Assembly (NCBI RefSeq): GCF_009914755.1
Contig: NC_060935.1
Strand: one strand, 5' to 3'
Source: the human T2T-CHM13v2.0 reference genome, Homo sapiens
DNA length: 64,000 nt
Shown: piece after piece, positions 27,561 through 41,764 of the stretch
How positions within the stretch are numbered: the first letter of the stretch is position 1
Layout: every line of letters starts with the position of its first letter
The notes under the pieces: generated by a model
Told to the model about the DNA's origin: nothing
Database searches by the model: none
The model's input: the letters and a program-made list of their open reading frames with translations, nothing else
Made by a program: the position numbers and the translations under genes

Positions 27561-28739
27561 TTGAGATGTGACCAGAGTCACCAGGCTGAATTAGAAGACC
27601 TTCTTGTAATATCAATACCAGTTCGTGGTTTCCTCTTTGAGAGGCTTATTTAGTAATAGTTTAAATTTTTCCTTCTCACTCCATGGACTCTGACTTTATT
27701 AGTAAAGGTTAACATATTTGTATATTAAAACAATAATGTTTATTATTAATAAATGCTCAAAACATAGTTCTTACTATGTGTTCTTACACTATAGTTCTTA
27801 CTATAGTTCTTACACTTAATGTGAATAAAGAGATACTTTATATTTCTTGGTTTGTAGCTGCAAATAATGTTGCATTAAGATAGATTAGATGTTCAAATTC
27901 TTAAAATTTAAACATGACTAATTTCACTTTTGGAGAATTATGTTTCTAAAGATAGATATATACAATGCTATATGCATAATTCTTCCTGCTTATTTCACTG
28001 CCTGTATAACTCAGCATACATTTCCTCTGCATATACGTCATATGATTCAATAATAGAAGAAGAAATGAGACTTTGTTAGTAAGTACATTCATATTTTACT
28101 CATGAGACCAATGTCAAAAATTAGGAATAAATTTTAAGTTCTTATGGTAAATTTATCACAATATCTTTTATGCAAGTATCATTTTCATCTCATTATTAGA
28201 GGTCATTCACATAGGTTTAAAATTTAAATGAATAGTTATAAACACAGTTCTCAAAGAAGTTAGTTTCTCTACCCCAATCTTTAATTTTTAGTCTTACTAA
28301 AAAAATGATAAAAAGCAGTATTTAATTTTCATTTATCAGTAACTTAAATATGCACCTGTTAGAGATAAAACTTTCTAATAGTTCCCATAAAAGTGGAATT
28401 AATAACACATAGTACCACGGTAATGTCTGAAATTTTGTGTATCTTCTTACTCAGATACCACTATACAAAAAGACAGTCTGAAATACACAGAATTCAAATT
28501 AAGTTGGCAAATTTTCAGAAAATGCACTATGTGCTCAATATCACAGCTCAGCTTTCTGTGTAACTTTCATTACAAAAGCAAGACGCTGGGAAATTACAAA
28601 AAGGAGAGACTACTTTCTTAAATGTCCATTAAATTGGCAAATATTTTTAAACATTTTCTTCACAATTGTGATGACTGACTCATTTTATATGAACAGAAAT
28701 TTTCAAGACAACAAAATAGGAATAGTGAATTCTTAATAT

Positions 28740-29130
28740 TCTATAATTGACTGTAATAATATTCTACCAATGTCAGTTACAAGCAGCATGAAACTGACTA
28801 ATTCCCATATGTTTATTTACAAATTTAATTTCATAATACCAATTAGGTGTCATCAAACTAATTTGCACAAAGTCTTATGCAATTCTTGGTTGGTAAGAAT
28901 GTTTTTCAGAATTAATGCTATATTATGCCACCTAAGGCATAAAGGGGTAATCACTCTACAATACACTGCTTTTTATTCCATGATTGCCAAACAATTAACT
29001 TATTCCTCCTGGCTAAAGTTGTCACTTATGCCACAAAATAGCAGTAGATTAATTATAGCCTTCGAAATTGATCTCCATGAAAGTTGTGGATGACGTCACT
29101 TTCTGCGCACTCTCCTCTCTGCTCTTTCTG
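28740..29130. promoter_or_regulatory. Candidate enhancer in non-repeat DNA (full CRE, MRE core, FOX and homeodomain motifs)
   Basis: TGACGTCA 29091-29098, TGCGCAC 29104-29110, TGTTTATTT near 28810 and several TAAT motifs. Motif evidence only. Confidence 0.3.
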
Positions 29131-29519
29131 TCACCCATGTTCAGACTATGGATAAATACTAAGAAAACAGGAAGTTGAAAATCAGAGGTTTTTTTTTTTC
29201 TGGAATGTTCAAAATATGCAGCTTGATCTGTTTTATGAAACTATTTATGATTTTTTTCATTGTTCTTAAGATCAAAGTCTCTATTATTTTTATGAACTTT
29301 CAAGAGCAGCCATCACTTCATACCAAGGAAGCTGTCCCTTAATTCTAACAGAACAGGCTAAAATTCCCATTCTTCTTTGCCATAGCCACAAACATGAACT
29401 CCACCATAACTGAGAACATTCCAGGAGCTCCAGCGCATTTTCAGAGTTTACAAGCTGCTGTGGCTGTGTTTCATTAATGTCTTTATGAGGACAAAACATG
29501 CATAAACATCAACAATCTA

Positions 29520-29765
29520 TGAAGCAATATATTGTAATGGTTAAAATTACATACTCTGGAGTCAGACATAGGTTTCAGTATCTCCTGTCTATTTAATAAC
29601 TCTTTAATATATAAATTTAGGCAAATTACTTAGTAATTATGCCTCAGTTTCCCTGTAAAACGCAGCCTTTATATTTACTTAATGTAATTGCTATGAGAAA
29701 TAAATTGAGGGATATGTATGGAGCACTTCACATAGTGTTTGGCACATAATCAATACTTCATAAAC
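29520..29765 (+). mobile_element. MIR
   Basis: CTCTGGAGTCAGAC...GGCAAATTACTT...GCCTCAGTTTCC...TGGCACATA. Confidence 0.8.
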
Positions 29766-30839
29766 CTCTGTTAATTTGGAGAAGGCAATGTAATATGCTG
29801 TGTACAGATGACCCTAATGAAATTATTTAAATAACTTTATCAACTAATTTGGGAGGCTATTAGAGGATAACAAGATTGTAATACTTTAAATTAAACTGTT
29901 TTCTTTTTTACATTTTGACTGTGAAAATAATGTGTTTACTAGAAAAGTTTATTTTGATTGTTTTATGATATACAAAAACTTATATTTTATTAATTGCTCT
30001 CAAGTTGTTCACTTCATAGCAGGACCATGGGTTAGTCTTTAGCAAATATGCAAGCTCTTTGGGAAAACTAAATGCGTACAATAAACAATAAAGAATTCAC
30101 GCTTTGAAAACAAAAATTCAGATACGCATATCCTAGATAGAATGCTTAAATGCTAAGTGGATGTGAAGTAATGAACAATGCATAACTAATCAGGAAAAAA
30201 TTGTAAACCTAGTCGTGCAGAATAGAGATATAGATGTTTACACAGATAAAAGTTATGGATAAAGAGTCAATAATAAATATAATTAAGAAAAATCCAACAC
30301 CAATAAAAAATATCACAAGCTTATAAAAATAATTCTTAATAAAAATTTAATAAAAATAAAACCAAATATGTTGGATTTCTCTACCCAGACCATTTAAGTC
30401 AGTTTAATACCAGCCAGCCCCTGGCATCTCACTACACATATGCAGGTAGAAAATAGATTATAAGATATACATTGTATATGAAAATGAAAACTATATGAGA
30501 GATTATACTTTATTAAAAACTACAAAATAAAATAAAATTAATTTTTTTTCTGTATTTAAAAGAAAAAAAAATCCTGAATTTAGATTGAAAGAATATCTGA
30601 AACTCAATCTTTATGAAAGACAATTTCTTAAAAGATTTCTGGAAGACTAAGAAAATAGATTATGAAAAACATAGCTAAGAAAACAGTTAAACCTTTTAAA
30701 TTTTAGGCAGTATTTACTGATCATTTATTACAATGAATTAGTATAATCTTCTAATTTTTTCTCTCATCTCACTGTTCCCAGTAATTGTTGTAATAATTAA
30801 ATTATTCCTCCCTTTCAAGTTTAGGTGTTACTTTCTGCT

Positions 30840-31030
30840 CTATATAGTATGGTAATAAATAGCATAGACTGTGGATTCAGATTGCTCAGATTCAATCAAA
30901 ACTTTGCCATATAGCTATCTAAATTTTATCTCATTATTTTACTTTTCTATTCCTCAGTTTCTTCATCCGTTGAATAAGAATAATAGTATATCTGCCTCAC
31001 TAAGTAAGCGAAATAGTTAACTACTGTTTT
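30840..31030 (+). mobile_element. MIR
   Basis: AGCATAGACTGTGGATTCAGA...CCTCAGTTTCTTCATC. Confidence 0.7.
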
Positions 31031-32599
31031 ATTATTTTGGTTATTTTGTAACCATAACTAGTCAATTGTTCAGTATTTATCTATTTAAATAACATCTCCA
31101 CCAATCTCTAGTCCTTCTACTGTGGCTTTCTAATTCTTTTTTGAGTTGTATCTTAATTTTTTCAACAGTATCTTAGGTATTTTATAGCCAAATTCCTTCA
31201 ATTTTGAAAATTTCTATGTATTGTAGTCATACTTTTAGTAAAATCTTGGCTGGATATAATATTGTCAGTATATCTTTTCTTTCTCCCTTAACTTTATAAA
31301 TGTTATTTTCTGTTATTGAATAACACAACAAAAATATTTATTTTTGGGAGAGGGAGCAACTCACTTTACTGTTTGTAGACGATTTCCTTAGTCTATTTGG
31401 ATGGATTAAAAAATATTATTGCCTTAAAACTTATTACCTATCTGGGATTTGTTTTAGTTAATAACATTACATAAAAAAGAAAATTCTTAAAACTGTTTTC
31501 TCTGTATCCACAAATTTAATTTTGCTAGATAAAAGATATAAACAGGTCATTAAGCAAAAAAAAAGTTTAATAAACTAAAGATATACTCAACCTTATCAAT
31601 AATCATAGATGTGAAATAAAATAATATGAGATTAACCAAATATTTACATTTCTATAATGTCAGTTGGAGTTTTAAGAGGTCAGTTTTTAAAAAAATCATT
31701 GCTTTCTCACCTGAGGTGTGAACATAAAATCAAATAATAGATTTCCAAATTTTAGCTCAATGACTGCTAAAAGCATAAATGAAAAGCATGGCCTTAGTGT
31801 GCAGCCAAACAGACTTAGTATCACATTCTAAATTAGATAGTCTTTTCTGCCCAGTCAGAGGCAGCACTGATCAAAGTTAGGCCACATGCAAAGGGGCAGA
31901 ACCAACTTCACAACATCTTTCACAGATCTCTGAGACAGCAAAATTTCCCCTCTCTTCAAGCACACAGATCGGACAATAGGAAAGATCATCTGAACATGCT
32001 CAGTGCCTTCTCCACCTGTTGCAAATTCTCCAGTGAAAAGTTTTGTTAATGTAACTGAAATGCCTTTATATGGAATAACGAGAGGTCTGAGAAAAGTCTA
32101 TCTTCACTAGAAATGTCAAGTATCAGCAAAGGTGTAGGGAGCCAAGGGCTCTCAAAAACCACCAATGGGAGTTACACATATAACCAATTTGGAAATATCT
32201 GATGAAGCTTACTGTAGTGAAGTATTCCAGATACTATACTCAAAATTATAGTATCTGTGCCTGTCTCTGTCTCTCTTCCTCTCTCATTCTTTTTCTCTCA
32301 AATATATACATATAGGTGTAAGTATGTGTCCATATATTAATGTGTATTTATGTACATATATCTGTATGTGTATATGTGTGTATAAATATGTATGTATGTA
32401 CAGGCTACCCTGCTTTGATAAAATAACCTCACAACAAGGTTGACTCAAAAAAGACAGACATTCATTTCTCCTTCACACAGTAATCTGAAGTTAGCTGGGA
32501 AATGTAAGATGGATACAGAGATATACTGCATAAACGATTGCAGGATAAGCCGACTTTGACCTGGATTACTTTCATTGTTCTCATTTCTGATTCCTGAGA

Positions 32600-33260
32600 G
32601 CAAGCAAAAGAACTTTCTGAGATGATGGCAATATTCTATATTTGCACCATCTATTATGATAGTTGCTAGACAAATGTGGCTATTATACATGTGAAACATG
32701 GCTAGTGTAACTGAAAACTAAAATTTTAAATTTATTTAATTGCCATATGTGATACAGGGCAGGCAAGCCCCACAGTGCAGCTTTGCCTGCTGGTTTCTTG
32801 TCTTTGCCCAGGAAAGAATTCAAAGGTAATCCAGAGGTAGAAGAAAACAACTTTATTGAAGAGGCAGTGTTACAACTGCAGTGGTGTTACAGATTCGTGA
32901 CTGCTCCATAGCTAGGGCTACCTTGTAGGCAGAGAGTAGCAGTTTGGGGCAGTTTTGCAGTCAAATTTATATCCACTTTTAATTGCATGCAGATTAAGGT
33001 GCAGTTTATGCAGAAATTTCTCTGGAAGGGGTAGTAATCATTGGGTCACCACCATGGAAAGGGGCAGTAACTCCTGTGTGTTGCCATGGCAACAGTAAAT
33101 TGACATGGCACACCAACAGGCTGTCTAATTGAAAGCTGCTTTCACCCTGGCTCTGTTTTAGCTAGTTGTCAATCTGGTCCAGTGTCCAAGCCTCAGCCCT
33201 GGGGTCAAGTATTGCCTCCTATCGATCACGTATGTAGCTAATTGCTACTATACAGTGCTG
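32600..33260 (+). mobile_element. MER3 (hAT-Charlie) split by MER66
   Basis: AACTTTCTGAGATGATGGCAATATTCTATAT...ATGTGGCTATT...GGCTAGTGTAACTGA. Confidence 0.78.
32748..33228 (-). mobile_element. MER66-like ERV1 solo LTR
   Basis: TG...CA ends, TSD CATA/CGTA, CCCAGGAAAGAATTCAA, TTTATT poly(A) signal. Confidence 0.72.
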
Positions 33261-34560
33261 TTTTTAGTCATCATGTGACATGAAGCCTGGCAAGCTTCAC
33301 TTCTGCACCCCAGTTCATGGACACAGTAAAGAGAAGTCCAAGACAATTTTAAGATTTATTTTAAAAAAGAATTTTGAACACAGTGCTCAAGTTTACATCT
33401 TATGGTCATACTTTGAGCCACAAAAGAGACAGGAAAATCTATCTCTAGCTTGGGCAGCTATGTATCTTGTTAAAAGTTTACAATAAAGGAAGATCATTCT
33501 GCCTCAGTATATGTTCTAGAGAAACATTTACATTTCAAATCAAGGACACACACCATTTATTAAAACTTTATATAACAAAATGGACAAAAATCTGGACAAA
33601 TAGATTAAACACTAATTTTAGGATATTGTGTATTTTCTGGGTTAGGAGGGAGATAAATGAGTGAGTGGATGCAATTATATATGCACTAAACATGATTTGA
33701 TTGATATATATATATACATTATCATTTTTCTTTCAAACGTTATCAGAATTACAGTTAAGTAATGTAAAAGAAGTACACTACAAGAGCAGTAGTAGACAAG
33801 AGAAGAACATTGTTGAAGATGGAAAGTAGCTGAAAAAATTGTAATTACAAAGTGAAGATCTAAATAGTCGAAATATAAATGACTATACAATGAAAGACAA
33901 AATGAAACAAACCCACATACATTGCAAAACCCTAAGTAGGTTTAGTAATTAGAGACACCAGGCCTTTTCAGCAGTGTGAATGGGAAAGAAAATGTAAGAA
34001 CAAATTCTAAGTCTGTGAGTTTGCCATAAGAGGAATGGTTACCAGTGATCTTTTGAATGAAAGATGTCAATCAATACTTACATACTCCAAGGTTTATTTA
34101 ATAGAAAATGATATAGCAATTTAAAAAGAGATTATAATGAAAGGAAATATTGAAGCCTACTCCTAAAATGAAGTACAAGATTCCTGATCTTTCACACACA
34201 TCCATGAAACCTGTAGGTTCTTAGATTTTCTCCAACAGACAAAGGATTCTATCAGGCTTAAGAGACTGGCTGACATGTATCAAAATCACTTCAGCATCTA
34301 CTGATTGAAGGAAAATAAATCTCTCTCAAAGAGAAGAATAAAGAATATGCAAGCATAAAAAGACATAATGTCTGCGATTATTTACTACACAATTACTGAA
34401 TAATGACAGTGAGGTAAACTAGAGACACATGAAGATCTTGGGGTTTGTTTGAAATTCTCTTTATATCTTATATTAATGGAAATTGTAGGAATTCTTTATC
34501 CTCTATCAAACATATCTTAGTATAGAAACTAATCTCTAAAGACCTTCATATAGAAAAAGA

Positions 34561-34670
34561 GGGAGCTGTGTCATGCCTATAATCCAAGCTACTTGGGAGG
34601 CTAAGACAGCAGAATCACTTCACCCCAAGAGTTTGAAGCCATTCTGGGCCACATAGCAAGACCCTGTCTC

Positions 34671-34671
<1 letters not shown>
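34561..34671 (+). mobile_element. FLAM-type monomer
   Basis: CATGCCTATAATCCAAGCTACTTGGGAGG...ACATAGCAAGACCCTGTCTC. Confidence 0.8.
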
Positions 34672-34680
<9 letters not shown>

Positions 34681-34701
<21 letters not shown>

Positions 34702-34756
34702 TAGAGACAGGGTCTTGCTGTGTTTCTCAGGCTGGTCTCGAACACCTAAGTCAAGT
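34681..34756 (-). mobile_element. Partial FLAM/AluJ left arm, inverted relative to its neighbour
   Basis: T20 followed by GTAGAGACAGGGTCTTGCTGTGTT...GGTCTCGAAC. Confidence 0.82.
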
Positions 34757-35179
34757 TTATTAAAAGCTAATTAAGAGTGGCTTAAAGCACAGCTAAGTTA
34801 ATATCAAGTAAATCTTTAAAAAAATTATTAAATTAAAAAATCACATTATATGTTGTTACCAGAAGTAATTCATCAACATGCAAACATTTGGTAATAAATT
34901 CCAGTGGAAATGTCATGCTCACTTAAAATTTGATATAATTCAATTTCCAAACCTTTGTAATCCAGTATGAGATTATTTTATTATAAAGAAATATAGAAAA
35001 TCAGACATTTTTGGTGCAAATATCATTTGGTTTTAAAACATTTTATACAAGTACTACCACTTCTGTCTTTTATAAGTAATGTCATTTTGTTGTTTCTTTG
35101 TAATACGATAGAATTTTCTCAATTATCAGATATTCTTCTACTACAAATTAAACCTCTCAAAATTCACATTGAAATATAA

Positions 35180-35560
35180 AAGTAAATGTAGTAAGGCTTT
35201 TAACCTTCTGAGGGAAAAGTAATCCTAACTTAGACCTCTCTATTCATCCAATCTATCTACCAATTATAAGATTAGAATGTAGATATTTTCAGTTGTGTTA
35301 GGTCTCAAAGTATTATGTCTCATTCTTCTCTTATTATGATGCTAATAAAGGATATATTAACAAATTTCTTGTAGAAAATCAAGAAAAGTCCTATCTGGTA
35401 TCTAGAAAAGAGAAGTTATAGAAAAGAAAGGAGGTACAGGGAATTTTGAAGACAATGAGGAGAAAAGCCCCATGAAGGCAAATGATTTCAGGAGAGATGT
35501 CCTCAATGAGAAAAAAGCACTAATGGGTTTTCTCATATATTTTAAAGTATTGAGAAGTAA
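35180..35560 (+). mobile_element. Possible HAL1/ancient L1 ORF1-region remnant
   Basis: Weak similarity to recalled consensus; purine-rich. Confidence 0.35.
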
Positions 35561-36125
35561 TTTGCAATTCTATATGAGTGTTGGAAGAAAAAAAGGGATG
35601 TAAGTATATAGAAAATTGTGCCAAAATTTGGGATCATTAACTCCAAGGTGAATAAAATAGCATACAATAAAAATAAATAATATTAATATACTATAGATGC
35701 AAGAAAAGAATCACGTTAAAGTCAAGATACTATAAACATAGAATATTACACATACAAATGATGTTGTTGTATAACTAATTAGAACATGTATCTGTGTCTG
35801 TTGTGGGGTAGGGAAAGGAAGAGCTTATAGAACCATAGGGTATTATTTTTAGACAATATCTAAAATTGGACAGTCATAGTGAAAGATGGTTGTTGAACAG
35901 GTTGTGTATTTATGATTAAATCCACCTTATATAATATCTCAATTTAACAACATATATTAATAACAGCTATTTGCAAAGGCAGCAAAAACAAAATTGACAA
36001 ATGGGACTTAATTAAACTAAGAGCTTCCTGCACAGCAAAAGAAACAATCAACAGAGTAAACAGAAAACCTAAAGAATGGGAGAAAACATTTGCAAACTGT
36101 GAATCTGACAAAGGACTGCTTTTCA

Positions 36126-36524
<399 letters not shown>

Positions 36525-36911
36525 TCAAAAGAAAACATACAAGCAGCCAACAGCATATGAAAAAATGTTCATCACTAATCATCAGAGAAATGCAAATTAA
36601 AATAACAATTATTAATAGATACCATCTCAAACCAGTCAGAATGGCTATTATTAAAAAATCAAAAAATAACAGCTGTTGGCAGGGATGCAGAGAAAAGAGA
36701 ACACATATACACTGTTGGTAAGATTGCAAATTAGTTAAACCCTGTGGAAAACTGTATGGATATAACTTAGATAACTAAAAATACTACTATTCAACCCAGA
36801 AATCTCACTAATGGGTATGTGCCCAAAGGAAAATAAATCATTCTATTTAAAAGACACTTGCCTTTGTATTTTTATTGCAGCACTATTCACAATAGCAAAG
36901 TCATAGAATCA

Positions 36912-37295
<384 letters not shown>

Positions 37296-38454
37296 CTACA
37301 CAGCCATAAAAAAGTATGTCTTTTGCAGCAACATGGATGTAGCTTGATACCATTAACAAAAGAAAATCAAATACTACATGTTCTCACTTGTAAGAGGGAG
37401 CCAAACAATGGGAATATATGGATATAAACATGGAAAAAACAGACACTAGGCACTCCAAAAAAGGGGAGTGAGGGATAGAGGCAAGGGTTGAAAAACTGAC
37501 TATTGGGAACTATGTTCATTCTTTGGGTGATATATTCAATAGAATCCCAAATTCAAGCATGCAATATGCCAATGTCACAAACCTGCACATGTACACTTTG
37601 AATCTAAAATAACTCTTAAAAATGAAAAATGTGCTATTTGGGAATGTGGAAGAAAATATCTTCATAAGCATCAAACATAATTTAAAGTGATATTTTGGAA
37701 AAGACCAGGAAGTAGTGTTAGAGAAGTGAAAGTGAGGAAAACATTGATTCTGGATTTTGTTTTGTTTTGTTGTTAAAGGTTTATAGTAGCATTTATCTTC
37801 AAGCTAGGGGAAGTCATTATTTGGAGAAAAGTAAATAATAGAGCAAAAGTGAGAGCTTAGACAATATGATAAATTGTGAACATAAGTTAAATCTTGGTGA
37901 TATTTGCATATATGTCAATCAAAATGTGTCTTGTATTTTTTCTAAGCTTTTATAAGTACCTTAATGTAAGTGTATAAAATGTGTCAGATGGCTGAGTAAA
38001 TTTGCTATACAGAAAATGTTTACACAATTTGATATAAATAGACTTTACAGGAAAGTTGACATTATATAAATCTGAACATTTGTTTTTAAATATATCATTC
38101 TGTGTAAATTATGATATCTAGACTTTATATGTTTTGAAACAAACAGGAAAGATGCACCAGCTTCATGTCAAGAAATATTAAATCCCCGAATTACAACTCT
38201 TTAAAAAGTTGCATATTTTGCCATATTATGCGGTTTTTGAATTTATTTACATTAAATCATTATTTATTACCAGAAAAGGAGGTTTGAAGTTTAAAACAAT
38301 TTATTGATGAAAGCACATGTAACATGGGTCACAAATGTGCTTTAAAATTTTAGTACATTTTCTCTAATCTATGAATCAGATATTGAGACTTGTTACATAA
38401 AACTGACACTGGAGCAAGGAATGCTTATTACAAAGTTCCATAGTTAGAACTTTA

Positions 38455-39490
38455 TATAATTTTTATTCATTTGATACATATTTATTAAAAACGTAATACA
38501 CAGATGAATAAGCAGCACTTCTGCCCTAAGAGCTATGGTCCTAAAAGGGAGAGAGACAATACAGAGGCAATTATGGAGTATAATAGTTGCTGAAGAATAC
38601 CTGTGGTTAGTGCCTGATGGAAGTGAGAGGTGAAGCCAGCTGGGCTTCTGGGTCAGGTAGGGAATTGGAGAACTTTTCTGTCTAGCTAGAGGATTGTAAA
38701 CACATCAATCAGTGCTCTGGGTCTAGCTAAAGGTTTGTAAATGCACCAATCAGCACTCTGTAAAAACGCACCAATCAGCGCTCTGTGTCTAGCTAAAGAT
38801 TTCTGAATGCACCATTCAGCACTCTGTAAAAATGGACCAATCAGAGCTCTGTAAAATGGACCAATCAGCGCTCTGTAAAATGGACCTATCAGCAGGATGT
38901 GGGCGGGGCCAAATAAGGGAATTAAAGCTGGCCACCCAAGCCAGAAGAGGCAACCTGCTCCAGTCCCCTTCCATGCTGTGGATGCTTTGTTCTTTAGCTC
39001 TTCACAATAAATCTTGCTGCTGCTCACTCTTTGGGTCCGCACTACCTTTATGAGCTGTAACACTCACTGCAAGGGTCTGCAGCTTCGTTCCTGAAGTCTG
39101 TGAGACCATGAACTCACTGGGAGGAACAAACAACTCCGGACGCGCCACCTTTAAGGGCTGTAACACTCACTGTGAAGGTCTGTGGCGTCACTCCTGAAGT
39201 CAGCAATACCACGAACCCACTGGAAGGAAAAAACTCTGGACACACCTGAACATCTAAAGGAACAAACTCCAGACACACCATCTTTAAGAGCTGTAATACA
39301 ACAAGAGTACCTGGCTTCATTCTTTAAGTCAGCGAGACCGAGAACCCACTGGAAGGAACCAATTCTGGACACAGAAGCATATAGAAAGAACTACCAATCT
39401 GGCACCAAGACTTCAGAGGTGTTTTTTCAAAGGAATTGATTTTCAACTGAGTTCCAAAGAGTGAACAGGTGTCAGCTAGAAAAAGATCAC
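38455..39490 (-). mobile_element. L2 3' fragment split by LTR12
   Basis: ATTCATTTGATACATATTTATT...CTGCCCTAAGAGCT; resumes after 39377. Confidence 0.55.
38624..39373 (+). mobile_element. LTR12 (ERV9) solo LTR
   Basis: TGAGAGGTGAAGCCAGCTGG...GGACACA; perfect TSD GAAG; CCAATCAG repeats, GC box 38901-38909, AATAAA 39006-39011. Confidence 0.95.
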
Positions 39491-40182
39491 AAAAAAGAGT
39501 AATTTGTCTTTACTACAGTCATCCTTTATTAAGTTTTTGATGTCTACCCTTTCCACAACCACTAGTTTTTAATGATTTTAAATTTTTCAAGTATTTTTAC
39601 TTTAATGCATCTTAAAAATCACTTTACATATCTATCTGTATTTTGTCATCTTAAAATGGCACAGAACATGACTCACCAGTTTGCTAATCAGATTAGCCCA
39701 GTGATTTTATTTAATAATGATAAAATAGCTAGAAGTGAGTAGATAAGTATAATTCGGTATTAATGTTAACATAATAAAGGCTAACATAGGTATCCAATGA
39801 ACATAATGTGTTTATAGAAATAGTCTTCATGGAAAGGTTAATTTCTTTCAAGGCCTTGCATGTCAGAATTATACTTAAGTATATTTTAATGACTTTAAAG
39901 CACTTATTATTTGCCCTTTCATAGCCGTAATCTTAGAGAATGGAACACACACACACACACACCCCCGAACACCTCACGCACATTTGCTAAAATCTTCAGA
40001 ATGGCTATAATTGAAATCTTATTTACTTATGTGTTTCCAGTGTCCAGAACGGTTCCAATTAACTTAGTATTTGATTTCTGCTTAAATGAATAAATATTAA
40101 TTTGTAAGTGAATAATATAAATGAAATTCAGTTCTGTCACATGCATGATCTGCGGACTAGAGTGAAAGATTCCTTTATTTAA

Positions 40183-40539
<357 letters not shown>

Positions 40540-41089
40540 TAGTTTTATTTTCAAATGAAGCTCTAATGTACATAACATACCAACTTGGGATAAGTGATCA
40601 CCTTTAAGAACCTATTTTCCATGCTTAATTGAATGGCCTAACTCTAACGTTCAATAGCTAAGTTTAAAAAGGCAAGGCTGTGGATAAACTCAAGAATAGA
40701 CGAATGTTACTGAACTGCAATGCCTTGCTTTCCCCTTCCACCACTGGAAAATATAAAGATTGTTTTACTATTTGTCCAACTTGTTGAAAAACCAGTTAAG
40801 GAGACTACTTAGATAACTTAACATTTGTCGTGTATTGTTTCTGCTACTCAGCAGATTGTTGTGTGACTTGTGTTTAAGATATAAAGTCAGGGAGTTAACA
40901 ATTAATATTCTTTCTGGTGCCGTGACAAGAAAAATATGATGCTACATGGCATTTAGCCTATTTGTTTTAATAAAAGATGCTATGGGACATGTGTGGCTCC
41001 TTTATGATAAAAAAATAAATTGGGCATTTTGGATCATGGCTAGAGAGCTAGTTGGACAGACAATGAGAGCCCAAAAGGGGGATGAGTCA

Positions 41090-41538
<449 letters not shown>

Positions 41539-41764
41539 AAAATAAATGACAATGATTTAAGGTTTCTATACAATTTGGGATGATAGTCTAAGTCCTGTTA
41601 CATTGATAATTTAAAAAAACATTAATTTATATGTTTTAATATAATAAATACTTACTCTGAACTGGTTTTATCTGTAGTTTATACAAAATCTATATTTTGT
41701 CATATTATGCCTTTGATTATAATTCTTCAGTGCTTACTTTTCAACATAAAATAAAATTTAAATT

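Larger units (their letters stand above)
32400..33470 (-). mobile_element. LTR33-like ERVL LTR hosting MER3 and MER66
   Basis: Degenerate CATTCATTTCTCCTTCACACAGTAATCTGA...GAGACAGGAAAATCTATCTCTAGCTTGGGCAGCTATGT. Confidence 0.5.

Noticed and set aside
27763-27815. Short ATAGTTCTTAC(AC)T repeats
   Set aside because: Ordinary slippage repeat with no sign of function.
28770-29499. ORFs of 107 aa (+) and 69 aa (-) in unique DNA
   Set aside because: No recognisable homology, coding-like composition or convincing splice structure; lengths are compatible with chance.
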